This document shows, in pieces, positions 10,508-23,005 of a stretch of 64,000 nt of DNA. The stretch covers positions 186,001 through 250,000 of IMG/VR virus record IMGVR_UViG_3300043418_000114; one strand, 5' to 3'. The position numbers were made by a program, and so were the translations under genes. How positions within the stretch are numbered: the first letter of the stretch is position 1; every line of letters begins with the position of its first letter. Below the pieces are notes generated by a model. It had not been told where the DNA came from. It worked only from the letters and a program-made list of their open reading frames with translations, and made no database searches.

Positions 10508-11820
10508 ATCTCTTGTTTAATCTGGGTGATTACACTATCCCAGGTGGTATCTGTCTGTCTGAACAATTTTACACAAGAATAGAAGGGACTGTCACTTCTT
10601 TCGGTGAACCAGCGCCAATCGCATCCATATTGACTCAACATTACATACGTTGGTACTCCAAGAGCGCCAGCTAAATGAGCAGTCACGGTGTCAACTGTTA
10701 CGATCAAGTCACATTGAATCATCAACTTTGCAGTTTCATGAAAATTGCCTAGAGTGGGAACCAATACGTTGTATTCCTGCAACAAATGTTTTTCTTCATC
10801 TGTTAGATCGAAGTTCAAACATACAAGTTGAATATCATCACGTGAAATCTCAAGGAGCTTTGCAAGATCCATCTTTCTAAAGCGAGTGATAAATGCAACA
10901 CCATTACTTCCCCACTGAATACCAACACGTTTCTTTGTAGTTGGTTGCAAGAATCTCATGGAGTGTGGAGTTATCGTTGTAGATAGATACTGGTCTGGAT
11001 ATGGGATTGTGTCGATAGTAGTGCCGAAACATTTAGGCAATGAAAGCAAAGGCACATTATAATGATAAGAGGGAACTTCATCTATTTTTGAGGTTACAAT
11101 TACGTTTGGGAAATTTTCTTCGAACAAGCTAACTAGCGGCTGTCTTACAAGTAGCACAACTGTGGCATTAAGATTCGCTAGCATCTTTACATAGCGCACA
11201 AACTGAATACAATCACCAAAGCCTTGTTCTCCGTAAACAAGTACAGTTAAGCCATTGACATTTTGTGTGCCATCCCACTCTGGTCCATGGTACACTGGCT
11301 TAAAGCTAGTTGCACTTTCATAGTACCAACGTGCGTCATAGTTCTTCCAGCCTTCAATTAGATCACCCTTCATTAGGTGACACACACTTTCATTCAAGCG
11401 ATGCACTGGATCATTGCTGTAGGTTTGTGCTATCTTGCAGAAATTCGCACCAATCTCTGGCATGCCAAACTCGCGCAGGCTATTGCCATAGTTGCTGTAC
11501 GCCGATGCGTTCTTTGGATCAAGAATAAATGCTTGACCAAAGTCCATCATTGCTTGTTTGTAGTGTCCTAGAGTTCTGAGGACTGCACCTCTACTGATTA
11601 AACTTTCAGCATAGCCAGCGGCGATCGGTGCTTCGAAATACTTCAATGCCTGATCGAGTTGATTCAACTTTATACAGGTCAATCCACAATTATGTTGAAT
11701 AACGTAATTGTCAATGCCATCATTGAGAATTTTCTCATAGCATTCTTTTGCTAGTTCAAACTCTCCAATCGTGTAATGTGCATTACCTCGATTGAAAAGT
11801 TCAAGTTGTGCTTCATTCAA
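10504..11820 (-). CDS. TPR-repeat protein with C-terminal GT-B (GT9-like) glycosyltransferase domain
   Basis: TPRs; 'EQGFGDCIQF', 'DLIVTVDTVTAHLAGALG', 'DWRW'. Confidence 0.8.
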   Translation of the reverse strand: MNEAQLELFNRGNAHYTIGEFELAKECYEKILNDGIDNYVIQHNCGLTCIKLNQLDQALKYFEAPIAAGYAESLISRGAVLRTLGHYKQAMMDFGQAFILDPKNASAYSNYGNSLREFGMPEIGANFCKIAQTYSNDPVHRLNESVCHLMKGDLIEGWKNYDARWYYESATSFKPVYHGPEWDGTQNVNGLTVLVYGEQGFGDCIQFVRYVKMLANLNATVVLLVRQPLVSLFEENFPNVIVTSKIDEVPSYHYNVPLLSLPKCFGTTIDTIPYPDQYLSTTITPHSMRFLQPTTKKRVGIQWGSNGVAFITRFRKMDLAKLLEISRDDIQLVCLNFDLTDEEKHLLQEYNVLVPTLGNFHETAKLMIQCDLIVTVDTVTAHLAGALGVPTYVMLSQYGCDWRWFTERSDSPFYSCVKLFRQTDTTWDSVITQIKQEI

Positions 11821-12103
11821 TTGATATCTCCACGGACTTTACGCTTTTAACAGTAAAGCTACGCCACTCTTTTTTATCCGTGTCGAATACTCGCATGGAT
11901 TCAGTTGACTCTTTTCGAGGAGTTGCGCCCTCCTTGATTTCAACTTTAGGCAGTTGTGCTGGTTCAAGTGTGCAGTTCATGACACGCTCGGTGCCATCTT
12001 TTTTAGTAAAAGTTACCTTAGCAGGACCAGCTTGTAGCATACCATGAAGCCACTCACGAAACTTATTCCACTCTTGATCTGTAAATTCAGCTTTAATTTC
12101 CAT
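11813..12103 (-). CDS. SH3-fold/WYL_2-like phage protein
   Basis: 'VTFTKKDGTERVM.CTL...VFDTDKKEWRSF'. Confidence 0.65.
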   Translation of the reverse strand: MEIKAEFTDQEWNKFREWLHGMLQAGPAKVTFTKKDGTERVMNCTLEPAQLPKVEIKEGATPRKESTESMRVFDTDKKEWRSFTVKSVKSVEISIE

Positions 12104-12395
12104 CTGTTTCTTTCTCTGTTGGCAAACAACCAAATACGATGATAGGAATAATTGTTACAAACGTAACTAAACTAAACCATGGGTTAATTCCTGCGTCACG
12201 GCAACGTCTAGCTGATGTGGCAAACATCAAATAGAATGATAGTATCAACGATACAAATGCCACGATGCTACCGATTACTCCTAGCAACACCGATAGCAAA
12301 ACAATAAACGGCATTACAGCTAGGTAACAAATAAGCAACACACCCCAGAATTCACTGCGGGTTGATCGACCGCTAAAGCTAAAATATTTTTCCAT
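12093..12395 (-). CDS. DUF805-family membrane protein
   Basis: 'YFSFSGRSTRSEFW...ARRCRDAG'. Confidence 0.8.
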   Translation of the reverse strand: MEKYFSFSGRSTRSEFWGVLLICYLAVMPFIVLLSVLLGVIGSIVAFVSLILSFYLMFATSARRCRDAGINPWFSLVTFVTIIPIIVFGCLPTEKETDGN

Positions 12396-12685
12396 TACAG
12401 TACTGCCATTCTGAATAGTGCTACACTGTCGATAGATACCAGCAACAGGTAATTTGAAAGCATGCCTAGACTCTTACGTGTCCATGCGGCCCATGCAAAG
12501 ATCGCACATTGCGAGATAAAGATGGGATACAGAATAAGAAAAGGTGGTGTTGGCACAGTTAACATCATAGTGATTGAGCATCCAATGCTCATGAACCATG
12601 CCAAGATTTCTAAGAAACATCTAAGAGGATTGCTTTTCCAATCCTCTTTAATCCAGTTGATTACGCCGTAAAATAATTCATTCAT
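12395..12685 (-). CDS. Hypothetical membrane protein
   Basis: Three hydrophobic segments. Confidence 0.55.
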   Translation of the reverse strand: MNELFYGVINWIKEDWKSNPLRCFLEILAWFMSIGCSITMMLTVPTPPFLILYPIFISQCAIFAWAAWTRKSLGMLSNYLLLVSIDSVALFRMAVL

Positions 12686-12978
12686 TGAGTACATGTCCGT
12701 GTGCGAGTTACTGTACCATTGGGTTGCATTGTTTCTACCCAAGGTGTGCAGTTTTCTTTTGATTGATAGATGATTGGTGGTTGTTGCTGTTGCACAATCA
12801 CTGGCTGTTGTTCAACAATCACAGTTCGTGGATGACTGAGTTCGTAACCAATCACACCTCCAATGATTGCTGGACCTACCCAGCCTCCGCGATAACCACC
12901 ATAGTAATGATGATGGTAATGTTGAGCAAATGCTGGCGCTGATGCTAGTAATGCTACTGCTAATAGAACTTTTTTCAT
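12682..12978 (-). CDS. Hypothetical exported protein (glycine-zipper-like)
   Basis: Signal peptide MKKVLLAVALLASAPAFA. Confidence 0.55.
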   Translation of the reverse strand: MKKVLLAVALLASAPAFAQHYHHHYYGGYRGGWVGPAIIGGVIGYELSHPRTVIVEQQPVIVQQQQPPIIYQSKENCTPWVETMQPNGTVTRTRTCTQ

Positions 12979-13005
12979 GATAGTCTCCTATTCGTATTTA
13001 ACGTA

Positions 13006-14331
13006 TTAGGAGGTCACCTCGTTGACCTTAGTTTCATTGTGCTTGTCAATAGCCTCTTGCATGAGAATTTCGACCATCTTGTTTAATGTGATATCACGCT
13101 TGTGAGCTTCTAATGCCAGCTTCAATAACATATCATCTTCGAGTGTCAGTGGAACTTCAATACGCTCGTCGAATCCAGTACCAATAGAGATAGCTTCTGC
13201 TTTGTATAGCCAATCTTCCTCGGTCTCAAGATCGTACCACTTTACATCGTCCCATGCTTGATTAGGATCAACTTTACGTTCTTTGGCTTCTGTAATCATT
13301 GCTTCCTTGAATCGTGGATCTAACCAACGATATGGTTTGATTTCACTTGGAAACCATTCATCTGGTTTAACACTGACCTCTGCCTGATAGACTTCTTGCG
13401 TCTTGGAGTTGAATACGACACTAACGTGACAGTACTCAGTTTCATAATCTAAGTATCGTGCATTTGGCCAGCAATCCCATTGATACTCACTGCCATCAGT
13501 GATTTTATGAGCCATGATTTCATTTACTTGTGCTAGTTTCATTTGTTGTCCTCGAAATACATTTGTGCCAATCGCATCATTAGTGCGGCGTGTTCTTTGC
13601 TTTGTGGAACTTGAACACTACGTCCCTCTTTCAAATCGTTGAATTCTTTCAAGAGTGGTTCAATGTCGTTATTATATATTTGTTCCATCGTTTTGTAAAG
13701 CATAATGGCATCTTGTTCAGTCATGCCTGCTGTCCATGAAGGATCGCCTTGTTCTTTACGTAGACCATAGTCATGACGATAGGTCATGCACATGTTATAG
13801 ATGATTTCTTCTTTTGTCATTTTGGATATCCTTTATCATAATCCCAACCTTTACCACCGAGCTTTTCCCAGTTATCCCATTTCTGAGCTTCATCCTTACA
13901 ACGCTGTGGTTGACCCATGGAACCAATTACTGCATTGCATGTATCACATCTATGGGCGCATCCTGAACCAAAATCATAGTAAGCAGTACCACCACATGGC
14001 ATATAGATTGGATCTAACGCAGGATGCTTGTCATCAAAGTCGGTATAGTAGTTCATTTCATTATCAATTCTTTGAGTTTCTTGGCAGTGATAATTTCATG
14101 GACACCCTTGACTTCTTTGATGACCATCTCCAATTCAACTACTTCCCATTCACTCACACGATTGCGTCCACTGTCACTTCTGCTATCACTATTCATGACA
14201 CCAGTAACAAACGTTCTTAGTTGCCCCAGTGTCTGAAAGATTCTTCCAGATTTATCGTAACTCTGATAGTAAGGTGTACCCCTCACAAATAACTCAGGGT
14301 CATCCTTTTTTCTAATTTTATAGTATATCAT
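13006..14331 (-). other. Four coupled hypothetical genes (13006-13542, 13539-13820, 13817-14056, 14053-14331)
   Basis: ATGA-overlapping ORFs. Confidence 0.6.
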
Positions 14332-16607
14332 ATTATTCCCATCTTAATTTAAACCACATATACTCTTGCTCACACAAAAACTTAAATGTATATCGGCCAG
14401 AGTATATCCTGTTGCCATCGTCATTGTCGTAACCTTCACCCTCGGCACATATAAACTTATACCCACGCTCATCCTGCAACCATTTGTATGCCTGAACGTA
14501 TACCCGATAGTTGGGCACAGTATGTAACAACCAGTCATTACACTCACAATGATTCTCGTGGCGACAAATATCTGTCCACTCTAATTTAACTGTGTCTGTC
14601 ATAGCCATCTCAACACAAACCAGGTGCGTTGCTCCTCTGTTTTGAATCTAATGTAATCACCTGGTGGATTGATTGCGCCAAATTTAGCCAATTCTTGATT
14701 CGCAATTACTCGCAAATGCATTACCCGCCATGGATAAGTCAGCTTCTTTACATGATCGCAGAAGTTGTCCCACAGTGGTGTTACATTCATATCATCTGAA
14801 CATACCTGTAACTCATATGGATATGCCCTAAGTTGTTCCGTATCTTCTGTCATAGCCACCTCAATATAAACCAAGCATAATCTTTTTCATCACGAAATCT
14901 AATACGATCAATATGTATATCATACCAGCGTGTCCACGCATCCGGTCGTCTAGGGCGTGGACCAAAATGTTCAGTACACCATGCTATGACTTCATCATAA
15001 TCGTCATAATGATGGTCTGCATCGTACCATCGGGCACGGCTGAATTGATATTTTGGCTGTTGTTTGTAGCTGGCTTTCATAGTAAAGATTTCACCCACAG
15101 AATCTGTCATAGTTTGTACACCTAGAATAGATTGGGCTAACAGTTGAGGATATACTTGCCTAATCATGGGCATGAGTATCTGCTGGCCTGTGGCGGTCAC
15201 ACTGGCCGCTAGATTGGGATTATAGTGATGCGTCATGACCACCTCAACGTAAACCACTCGGCGTCTTTTTCATCACGAAATTCGAACCATTCGATATCCC
15301 ACGTGCCGTCAATCGTTTCACTGCCCAAGAATCCTGGATGATCTTTGCCATAAGTCCAACGCTTTTTATAATTATTGTGTGCTTCTGGGGGACCAAACAT
15401 ATCAGTCATCCATTTCCATATCTCGGTCATTTCCTGAATAGTGCGTTCAGTATTTCTAGTATAGACTTTCATGACCACCTCAACATAAACCACTCGTAGT
15501 CTTTGCTATCACGAAATCTAAATGTTCTGTTGACATTAAAGTACCAACGTGACCACGCATCAGGATACTTTGGGTCCGGACCAAACTGTTCAATGCACCA
15601 GTTATATGCGCCTGCACCGTCTTTAGGCAATTTAGCTTCATGCCACTTAGCACGGCTGAACTTGTATTTCGATTCACTCATAATAGTTGGAATATAGGGA
15701 GCATAGTATGCTCCATCAATCAATATTGAATCAAGTGTACTTTCTATTGTCTGTGCAGTAAGTAATATTTCCTTGCACAAGTTTGAATTATAAATTTGAG
15801 TTTTATTCATTGGAACTTCAAAATTAACATTGAATAGATTTTTTCAGGTACATCAAAGTATGAATCGAATGTCCATCCAGTGTTAGCCTCAACTGCACAA
15901 TCTTGTTCACGTAACCACTTGCCTGCATCGCTATCTCTGCGGGTTCTAATAGAATACCACTGTTCGCCATCAACAATAGCTTCATCAACTTTTTCAAATT
16001 GAAAATTCTTTGATGTTGGATAGTAGTATGAACTTTTGCCAGTTCGTCTAGCCTGCATAATCAGCATTTCTCCTGCTTTGAAACCACCTGATTCAATGTC
16101 GATAAATGTTTTCATGACCACCTCAATGTTATGTAAGTGTAAAGCGATTCGTGCACCAGATAGGGCATGCAATTCATTTGGCCCCAAGAAGGCGTTCCTT
16201 CACACCACATGTCGTCTGGTTGTTTCTCGATCCAACGTTGTAAGCTGGTAACGAATACATTGATTTCATACCACATCACACCGCTTGAATCAGGACTGGA
16301 CTCAACATACACAAATGGAGTTAAACCCGCTGTATTAACTACATGTGGGTACATTGAGTTTACATCTGAGTCTAAAAAGTTTATAGCCATTTTAATGCAA
16401 AGATGGTTGCATCTTTGTGTACTGCAAATTTAAATACTGCTTCATCCCATTCATCACTACAGACCCATGATCCTTTGCAATTCTTTTTGCACCATCTGGT
16501 AGCGGCACTAACTCGCTGGTCGTGTTCGTACCAGCGCTGATCTTCAATTGCACGTACAGTAATGACATGCGGATGTTCTCTTCGGGATTTCCTACGTTGT
16601 GCTGAGT

Positions 16608-17312
16608 TCATGATACTGAATATAGAATGTCAGAGGTTTGATATTGTGTGCCAGCGTTTTGATTATTTTCTACCCATTCCATGACTTTCTTATATCCGAA
16701 TGGTTCTATTAATTTGAAAGCATCGTGTTCGCAGTGCCCATAAAATTTATTAAGAAAATCATTTGATTCAATGACAATCACTGGTTTGTATTTCTCAATA
16801 GTAGCCAATGCGCCTTGAATGGCCGCTTGTTCATATCCTTCAATATCAAGATGAATTAAATCTGGACGTAGATTCAATGAATCTATCTTCAATTGAGGAA
16901 TATTTCCGCCACCGACTACTCGAATCGCACCAAGATTTTTGTTGCCGCCCCATGTGTCCGGTGGTGGTGAAATAGCTAGACCACCTGGGTCATTTCCCAA
17001 ACAGCATTGAAACTTGAAAATGTTATCAGCATTCGCATTATGAGTAAGACATTGGAACCATTTACTGTCTGGCTCAAACGTATACACATTTTCAAAATGA
17101 TTGGCATACAATTTAGCATATAGTCCAGAATTACCGCCAGCTTGAATAACTGTCGATCTACCATCAACATACTGCATGATCGTTTCTGGAAAAGTTGCGG
17201 CATCATGACGATTAAAGAAATCCCAACACATGGTATCCTGGGCCGGCCATAGCCAACCCGCACCAAATACGTCACTGTCTCTAATTTCTAACTCTTTGTT
17301 CATTCTTTCCAC
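16608..17312 (-). CDS. FkbM-family SAM methyltransferase
   Basis: 'IQAGGNSG...VYTFEP...IHLDIEGYE...GA..TI....PVIVIE'. Confidence 0.85.
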   Translation of the reverse strand: MERMNKELEIRDSDVFGAGWLWPAQDTMCWDFFNRHDAATFPETIMQYVDGRSTVIQAGGNSGLYAKLYANHFENVYTFEPDSKWFQCLTHNANADNIFKFQCCLGNDPGGLAISPPPDTWGGNKNLGAIRVVGGGNIPQLKIDSLNLRPDLIHLDIEGYEQAAIQGALATIEKYKPVIVIESNDFLNKFYGHCEHDAFKLIEPFGYKKVMEWVENNQNAGTQYQTSDILYSVS

Positions 17313-18535
17313 TTTTTCGATTCTACACTATTGCAATGAATGCAGTAGCGCACTTGTTTTGTAAATGACGAATAACTACTTGTAACAGGATCACTCCACT
17401 TAGTCCACGTGTGCCAATTGAATCGGCACCAGAAGCTAGTCACTGCCGGTGGCAAGTCTTGTAGTGAGCGCCATGTGTTGATCTTCTCGTTCATATCTTT
17501 AACAGAAACATCATTTGATCCTGTGTGTTATCAAACTTCAAGTAGTTACGACCTTCTTTCCAATTATACACCTGTTCAGCATTAAATTCTCTCTTTATAA
17601 AGCCCCATAAATCCATTGTATATCCATTAGGATCCATCAACATCATGTTAATGATGCTGTCTTTGTAGTCCGTAATTGGAACTAACTTTTTGCCTAACAG
17701 TTTATATAGAAAGAATTTCATTGCCACCTCAACATGAACCATAATTTATGGGATTCATCAGAGAATTCAAAATGCTCGTCAACATAATCCCAATCGTAAC
17801 CAATCGTATCATCTAACCAAGTTGATAACTGGTACCATTTCCCTTCATTATTATACCAATCACCAGTTCGTGGGAAATAAACACGATAGATATTTTTCTT
17901 CATGCAAACCTCAGTGAAAACATAAACGCATCTTGTTCACGTATGAACACAAAATTAGTGCAATTATTGAATCGTTCATATGTCCAACCACGTTTGTCAT
18001 ACAGACTATATCCATCATTGTCACATTCTACTACATTTAACTTGCACCATGCAAGTGCTTCTGCTACATCCTTTGATGCATATAGTTTTGTCATTACATG
18101 ATAGTCATCTGCCAGACTTCGTTTAATCATGTCCACCTCAAGCTAAACCACTCGGCTTGTTTTTCGTCGTCAAACTGAAAAGTATAATGAGTCTCAAGAT
18201 TGTAATAATCTGGTTTAAACCATCGCCATTCAACAAGATGCTTCCATCCCTGTTGTTGAATCCATTCAAACACATCAGGAAGAACTTCATCCTTTTTCAG
18301 ATTAACATGTATGTTATAACTCATGACATTAGAATTTTAAAAATCTCATGATACGTAGTTTGACATTGTTGCAAAGCCCAGTTCAACTGTTTCGCAGGCA
18401 TGTCATCAACAACGGTGTCAATGTCTTTATCTAAATCCAAATGACTGTACATACGCTTAAACACCATGCGATTCTTGTCCTCAAGCAAGTGCAAAATGCG
18501 TTTAATCTCAGTACGTTTTTGCTTCGGTGTCATGA

Positions 18536-18862
18536 TTAAATCTTGAATGTAGCCCAGAATGCAGTCTTCTCTAAGTCACTTTGAAACTCGGGATAGACTT
18601 CATCGAGTTGGTCTTTGTCAACTTCTTTATAGCCCTTGTTTGTTTTCTTTTCAAACATCAACATAGCGTCATAGCTTGATCCAGAAAACAATTTAGTTTG
18701 CAGTTTAGCACCACGACGGCCCCAAAACGAAACGTACTTGTTTGTGCGGAATGGCCATGCTGATGTATTTACTGGCACATCTTGTGCTAACAGAATGATG
18801 CCCCAAACTTTGTCTGCGTTTGTCTTTTCGTCTTTGCACCAACCGATATGCTCATATTTCAT
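18536..18862 (-). CDS. WGR-domain-like protein
   Basis: 'ADKVW...FWGRRG...K.NKGY'. Confidence 0.55.
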   Translation of the reverse strand: MKYEHIGWCKDEKTNADKVWGIILLAQDVPVNTSAWPFRTNKYVSFWGRRGAKLQTKLFSGSSYDAMLMFEKKTNKGYKEVDKDQLDEVYPEFQSDLEKTAFWATFKI

Positions 18863-19116
18863 ACTTTACTCCATTGACAATTGTTTTCGTTCAAACTGTT
18901 CTAACGTTAACACTTCTGGGAATTGTAGCACAAACCAGGTAGCAATTGCTTCGTTGTAGAAAACAAATTCAACAAAATCTTCTGTATCATCATGCCAATA
19001 CCATGTCCAAGTTGATTTGTCATATGAGCATTTGCCAAAGTTTTTCTCGACCCAGTTCCACTTTACCATCATGTCTTCAAAGTGTTTATGACCGTGTCGT
19101 GGGATAACAAACGTAG

Positions 19117-19506
19117 TCATACATTGAACCCTGCACTACGCAATTCAACGAGAGCCTTGTTTCGATTAGTAGGATCAACTTCGATTTTGATGACTTTGCC
19201 AGATGAAATCAAGTCACTCATGTCCTTGGCTTCTTTCAGCCCAGGGCCACGCCGGTCAACAGTACGAATAGCTTTAATCATCGCAACACGATTAGCATTC
19301 GGAGAATGACTAGCAATGGTGATGATATTGTTATATTCACCAGTCAGCATTGCAAAGAAAATCTGACCCTTAACGTCAGGGTCAAGAGTACTTGCAATAG
19401 TATCCCACAGTTTCATGCCTTCATCAGTACCGTAGGCTTCTGTGATACTACGCATGAAGTTCATGCCACTTTGGATAATGTCTTGTTTGTTTTCAGCAGG
19501 AATCAT
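19117..19506 (-). CDS. Protein with ribosomal L7/L12 C-terminal-like domain
   Basis: 'VAMIKAIRT....GLKEAKD'. Confidence 0.55.
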   Translation of the reverse strand: MIPAENKQDIIQSGMNFMRSITEAYGTDEGMKLWDTIASTLDPDVKGQIFFAMLTGEYNNIITIASHSPNANRVAMIKAIRTVDRRGPGLKEAKDMSDLISSGKVIKIEVDPTNRNKALVELRSAGFNV

Positions 19507-20829
19507 TTTTTAATACCAAGAACTTTCTTTTCTTCGGCAGTCAATTTAGACAATGCCTCTTTGCGAATACGTGCTTCGTGTGCTTTCTTTTCTTTTGCTT
19601 CACGTGCTTTACGGTCAGCTTCTTGGTGAAATTCCCACCACTCACGGACTTCATCATCACGTAGAATCAGGAAATCACCTTTGCCTTGTTCCATTAGTTC
19701 AGTTATTACTTTACAAGCAATACGAGCCAACTTGTCATTATTCGCTTTGAGTTCTTTGTACTGCCAACTTTCTGTTGGCGAACCGGTGCGATCATTGTCT
19801 TCATAACTCATGCATGGCATTTTATTGTCCCATCCTGTCAGGGTTGAGTTCCCAACCCATATCTGAATTTTCTTTTTTAAGTTTTTCAAATTGGTCAACG
19901 CACACTTCTACATCAACAAGGATACGCTTGAGTTCGTCAATGTTGATTTCAAGGAATTCCATTGTTACTGATAACGCTCTTGCTTCTCCTTGAGACAGAG
20001 TGTATTGTTTCTGCAACATTTCGGCCATCATCCGTTCCTTGCCGGCGATTGTGTTACGCAGATTCTCTGCTACGGTTTGGATGTTCATAGTTCAACCCAA
20101 AAATGTTCTGCCAATTTATTGCGAAGGGTAGCATTATACAGATTCCAATTGATTTTGGAGCCAGGTGTTTGAATGCTTTCATCTGCCTTTAGCTCATTAC
20201 AAGTTTCTTTGCTTATTTTATTACATTCTGCAACAATCAACTCGGCGAACTTTTCTTTGAACAATGTAGCCTGGCTTGGGTTATTTGCATTAGCCCAGTT
20301 CCAGGTTTTATCTACGAATTCCCAAGCCTGCTTCTCAAGTTCTTTAATTCGTTCGTTCATTTGACTTCTTTCAAAATTTTGTTGATAGCATCAGGCAGAA
20401 ACTTTTTCATTTCTTCTGCGTCAAGGAAGTCACCAAACGTTCCAGGCGCTTTACTGTATGTTTGTGCATCGAGCCATTTCTTCAATGCCTCAATTTGTGT
20501 CTCAGTCATTTTTCTTCCTCCGCTTTAAGTTCTGCCAGCATTTCAGCAATCAGTTTGTCAGCAAGTGCGTTGCGGCGCACGGATTCTTCACGGGTCCAAC
20601 CACGTGAAACAAAGTTTTTAAATGCACATGACCCATGACGATCCGAACCGTGAGTAGAACCAATTGGCATACATTCAGGAGCATCAAGGCATCCATCCAA
20701 GTCCAACCAGAAGCCAGTAGATGTGATTTCAGTTGTTTCACGATCTACCAAACAGTACAATGGAGTGCGACCGTATGTGTACTGGTAGCTAGGATGAATT
20801 CGGATGCTGTGTTCGTATGTCATGGTTGA

Positions 20830-20858
20830 ATTATACATCCAAATCCATTTAGTGTCAA
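20830..20858 (-). promoter_or_regulatory. sigma70-type early promoter (repeat family)
   Basis: TTGACA-CTAAATGGATTTGGATG-TATAAT; identical to 21634-21662. Confidence 0.85.
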
Positions 20859-21633
20859 CCGATTAACTGTAGAATCTTTTCTTTGCAGTCTTCTCGACTA
20901 CTCTTTGCATTAGGACTGTACTTGAGTCCCGGCTCAGGGTCGCACCTCGATGCACATTCATTGATAAGCAAATTGGCAAATGCCTTGATGAATTCAGCAG
21001 GAATCTCATACGTGATTTCGCCGTTGGAAGTTTGCAACATAAAATCCTGTGAATCGAATCCCATGTTGTATGTGGCTTCTTCTGCTAGTTTACTAATAAT
21101 ATCGTTCACTTCACCAACTCCATAACTTTAGTTGCATCAGCTTCGTCACCACGGATGCGAGTGAAAACATCACTGTTATCCATGCGATCATAATAAGTAC
21201 GATTTGCTTTGGCAGCCTCTACGATGACCAGTGGGTTTTGCAACCAACGACCATTATCACCAGCTGGCTTGAATTCAAAAGTACGATCAAACTCAAAGTC
21301 AAAGCCGCTGTCATCATAGATGTAGTTGCCAATAAAACTATTCATCTTTGAAACCCAACCTGGATTATAGTGATAGCTATTGCCAATGTTACTAAAATCC
21401 ATGCCAGAGATTTGCCAGATCATCTGAATAATCTCGCGGCCAATCTTAGCATCAGAGTCGCCGCCACAATAAGCCATCTGGTCACTGTATGCGAGAATGT
21501 AGCGCATCATTTCAGCAACGCCAGGGTCTCTATTGCATGTAGCTTTGAGTTCGTCAATTTGCAGTTGCAGATAGTCGTGTGATTTTTTAGATACGATATC
21601 AAACATTGTGGTCTTTCGTTAATGAATGACTGA

Positions 21634-21662
21634 ATTATACATCCAAATCCATTTAGTGTCAA
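21634..21662 (-). promoter_or_regulatory. sigma70-type early promoter (repeat family)
   Basis: Identical to 20830-20858. Confidence 0.85.
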
Positions 21663-22538
21663 CGACCTTCTGAATTCTTAATAAACTCGAACAAGTTTGC
21701 TTTATTGTATGCGTTCTTTACGATAGGAAGATTGTTTCGCCACGTTGCAAACTTTAATATTGAATTCTCAACAAAGTCCAATGTTCGTATGCGGAACATA
21801 GGAACAATAGAAATGATGCCAGCGATTATCAACATCAAAACAATAAACGGCACAATTGGCACCGTGATTGCCCAAAATATGATATTGAGCTTTGCGTCAG
21901 GACTGAGTTTCATTTGTATCGCTTCGCTTTCTTGTCGTAGCCGATCTTGTCGTAGAAGTCCCATACTCCCTTGCATACCGGCACAGTGTTGATATCAACT
22001 CCAAGATCATCAAGGTATTCTTTGATGGGGCGACCTGTAACTTGCTCACCACAGTACTTCACAGTGCGAGAATACTCCATCCAGTTCATACCCTTGTATA
22101 GTCCACCAGAGGTATCAGGATACGCACGTTTCAATTCACGGTCACGAAACCATTGAAACGAAATGCACTGAGGATAAAAGTTTGGTTCATTTGGTGTCGG
22201 CACTTCAACAATGAAGAATTTACCATAGTCACCAGAATGACGGTTAGGTTCGTGTAGTTCCATTAGATATTGTCGCATGATTATTTTCCTTCAGGCTTGT
22301 TGCATTCCCAGAACACTTCGTTGATGCCGCATTTAATGCAGTGTCCGCCTTCGTGTTCGTAGCCTTTGAGTGCAGATGCAAAGTCATGGTTACATTCAAA
22401 TCGATATGACTTGAGTTCCGCAATCATTGCATCTTGCTCCGCCAATCGTTTGGCAAGTTCGCGGCGCTGTTTTTCAGCGTGTTCGATTTGATCGAGTAGA
22501 GTCACAGACATTGCAGTTCCTTTTAAATGTATAGGCTT

Positions 22539-22567
22539 AGTATACATCCAAAATGGTTTAATGTCAA
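22539..22567 (-). promoter_or_regulatory. sigma70-type early promoter
   Basis: TTGACA-N17-TATACT. Confidence 0.7.
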
Positions 22568-22570
22568 CAA

Positions 22571-23005
22571 TTATGTGGCTAAAAATGCACGTAGATCTGG
22601 GAGAATTCTACGTTGTCGATTGATAACGTCTTGTTCCCAAGGTAGATTTTGATAGTATTGATAGTCGGCGTTCTTAGGAACAGGGTAGTTGTTACCGTTC
22701 CAGATATATTGGCCGTTTGATGTGTTAGACAGTTTGCCTGTCTTAATTTGACTTAAATGTAACAACTCATGTAAGAGAACTTGTGGTATCTCTCTGACTG
22801 TTAATTTAGAATTGACATTAACCCTATTCTTGAATCTAGGGTTAACAGGGGTGTTTCCGTATTCATGGTCTGCGAGTGCCGCAAATACAATTTCAATATC
22901 AACAGGCAGTTCAACTACTGTTGATAAGTATTCAACCACACGAGTTGCCAGTGCCTCTCGTTCTGCTATTTGCTCACCTGCTTGATAAATGAATCTGATT
23001 GCCAT
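22571..23005 (-). CDS. Putative zincin metallopeptidase-like protein
   Basis: HELLH motif plus downstream 'LPWE'. Confidence 0.6.
   Translation of the reverse strand: MAIRFIYQAGEQIAEREALATRVVEYLSTVVELPVDIEIVFAALADHEYGNTPVNPRFKNRVNVNSKLTVREIPQVLLHELLHLSQIKTGKLSNTSNGQYIWNGNNYPVPKNADYQYYQNLPWEQDVINRQRRILPDLRAFLAT

Larger units (their letters stand above)
14333..19120 (-). repeat. Tandem family of about 13 paralogous small ORFs ending F.D...A.WF.L(R/K)W
   Basis: 14333-14602, 14599-14853, 14850-15236, 15233-15472, 15469-15810, 15807-16115, 16112-16390, 16381-16611, 17491-17721, 17718-17903, 17900-18130, 18127-18324, 18866-19120; outlier at 27977-28156. Confidence 0.75.
19503..22547 (-). other. 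Block of small hypothetical early genes
   Basis: ORFs 19503-~19820, 19822-20088, 20085-20360, 20506-20823, 20855-21109, 21106-21606, 21659-21913, 21910-22278, 22281-22511. Confidence 0.55.

Noticed and set aside
14333-19120. Diversity-generating retroelement or integron cassette array
   Set aside because: No reverse transcriptase or integrase, no TR/VR pair, and no attC-like intergenic sites; the genes overlap directly.
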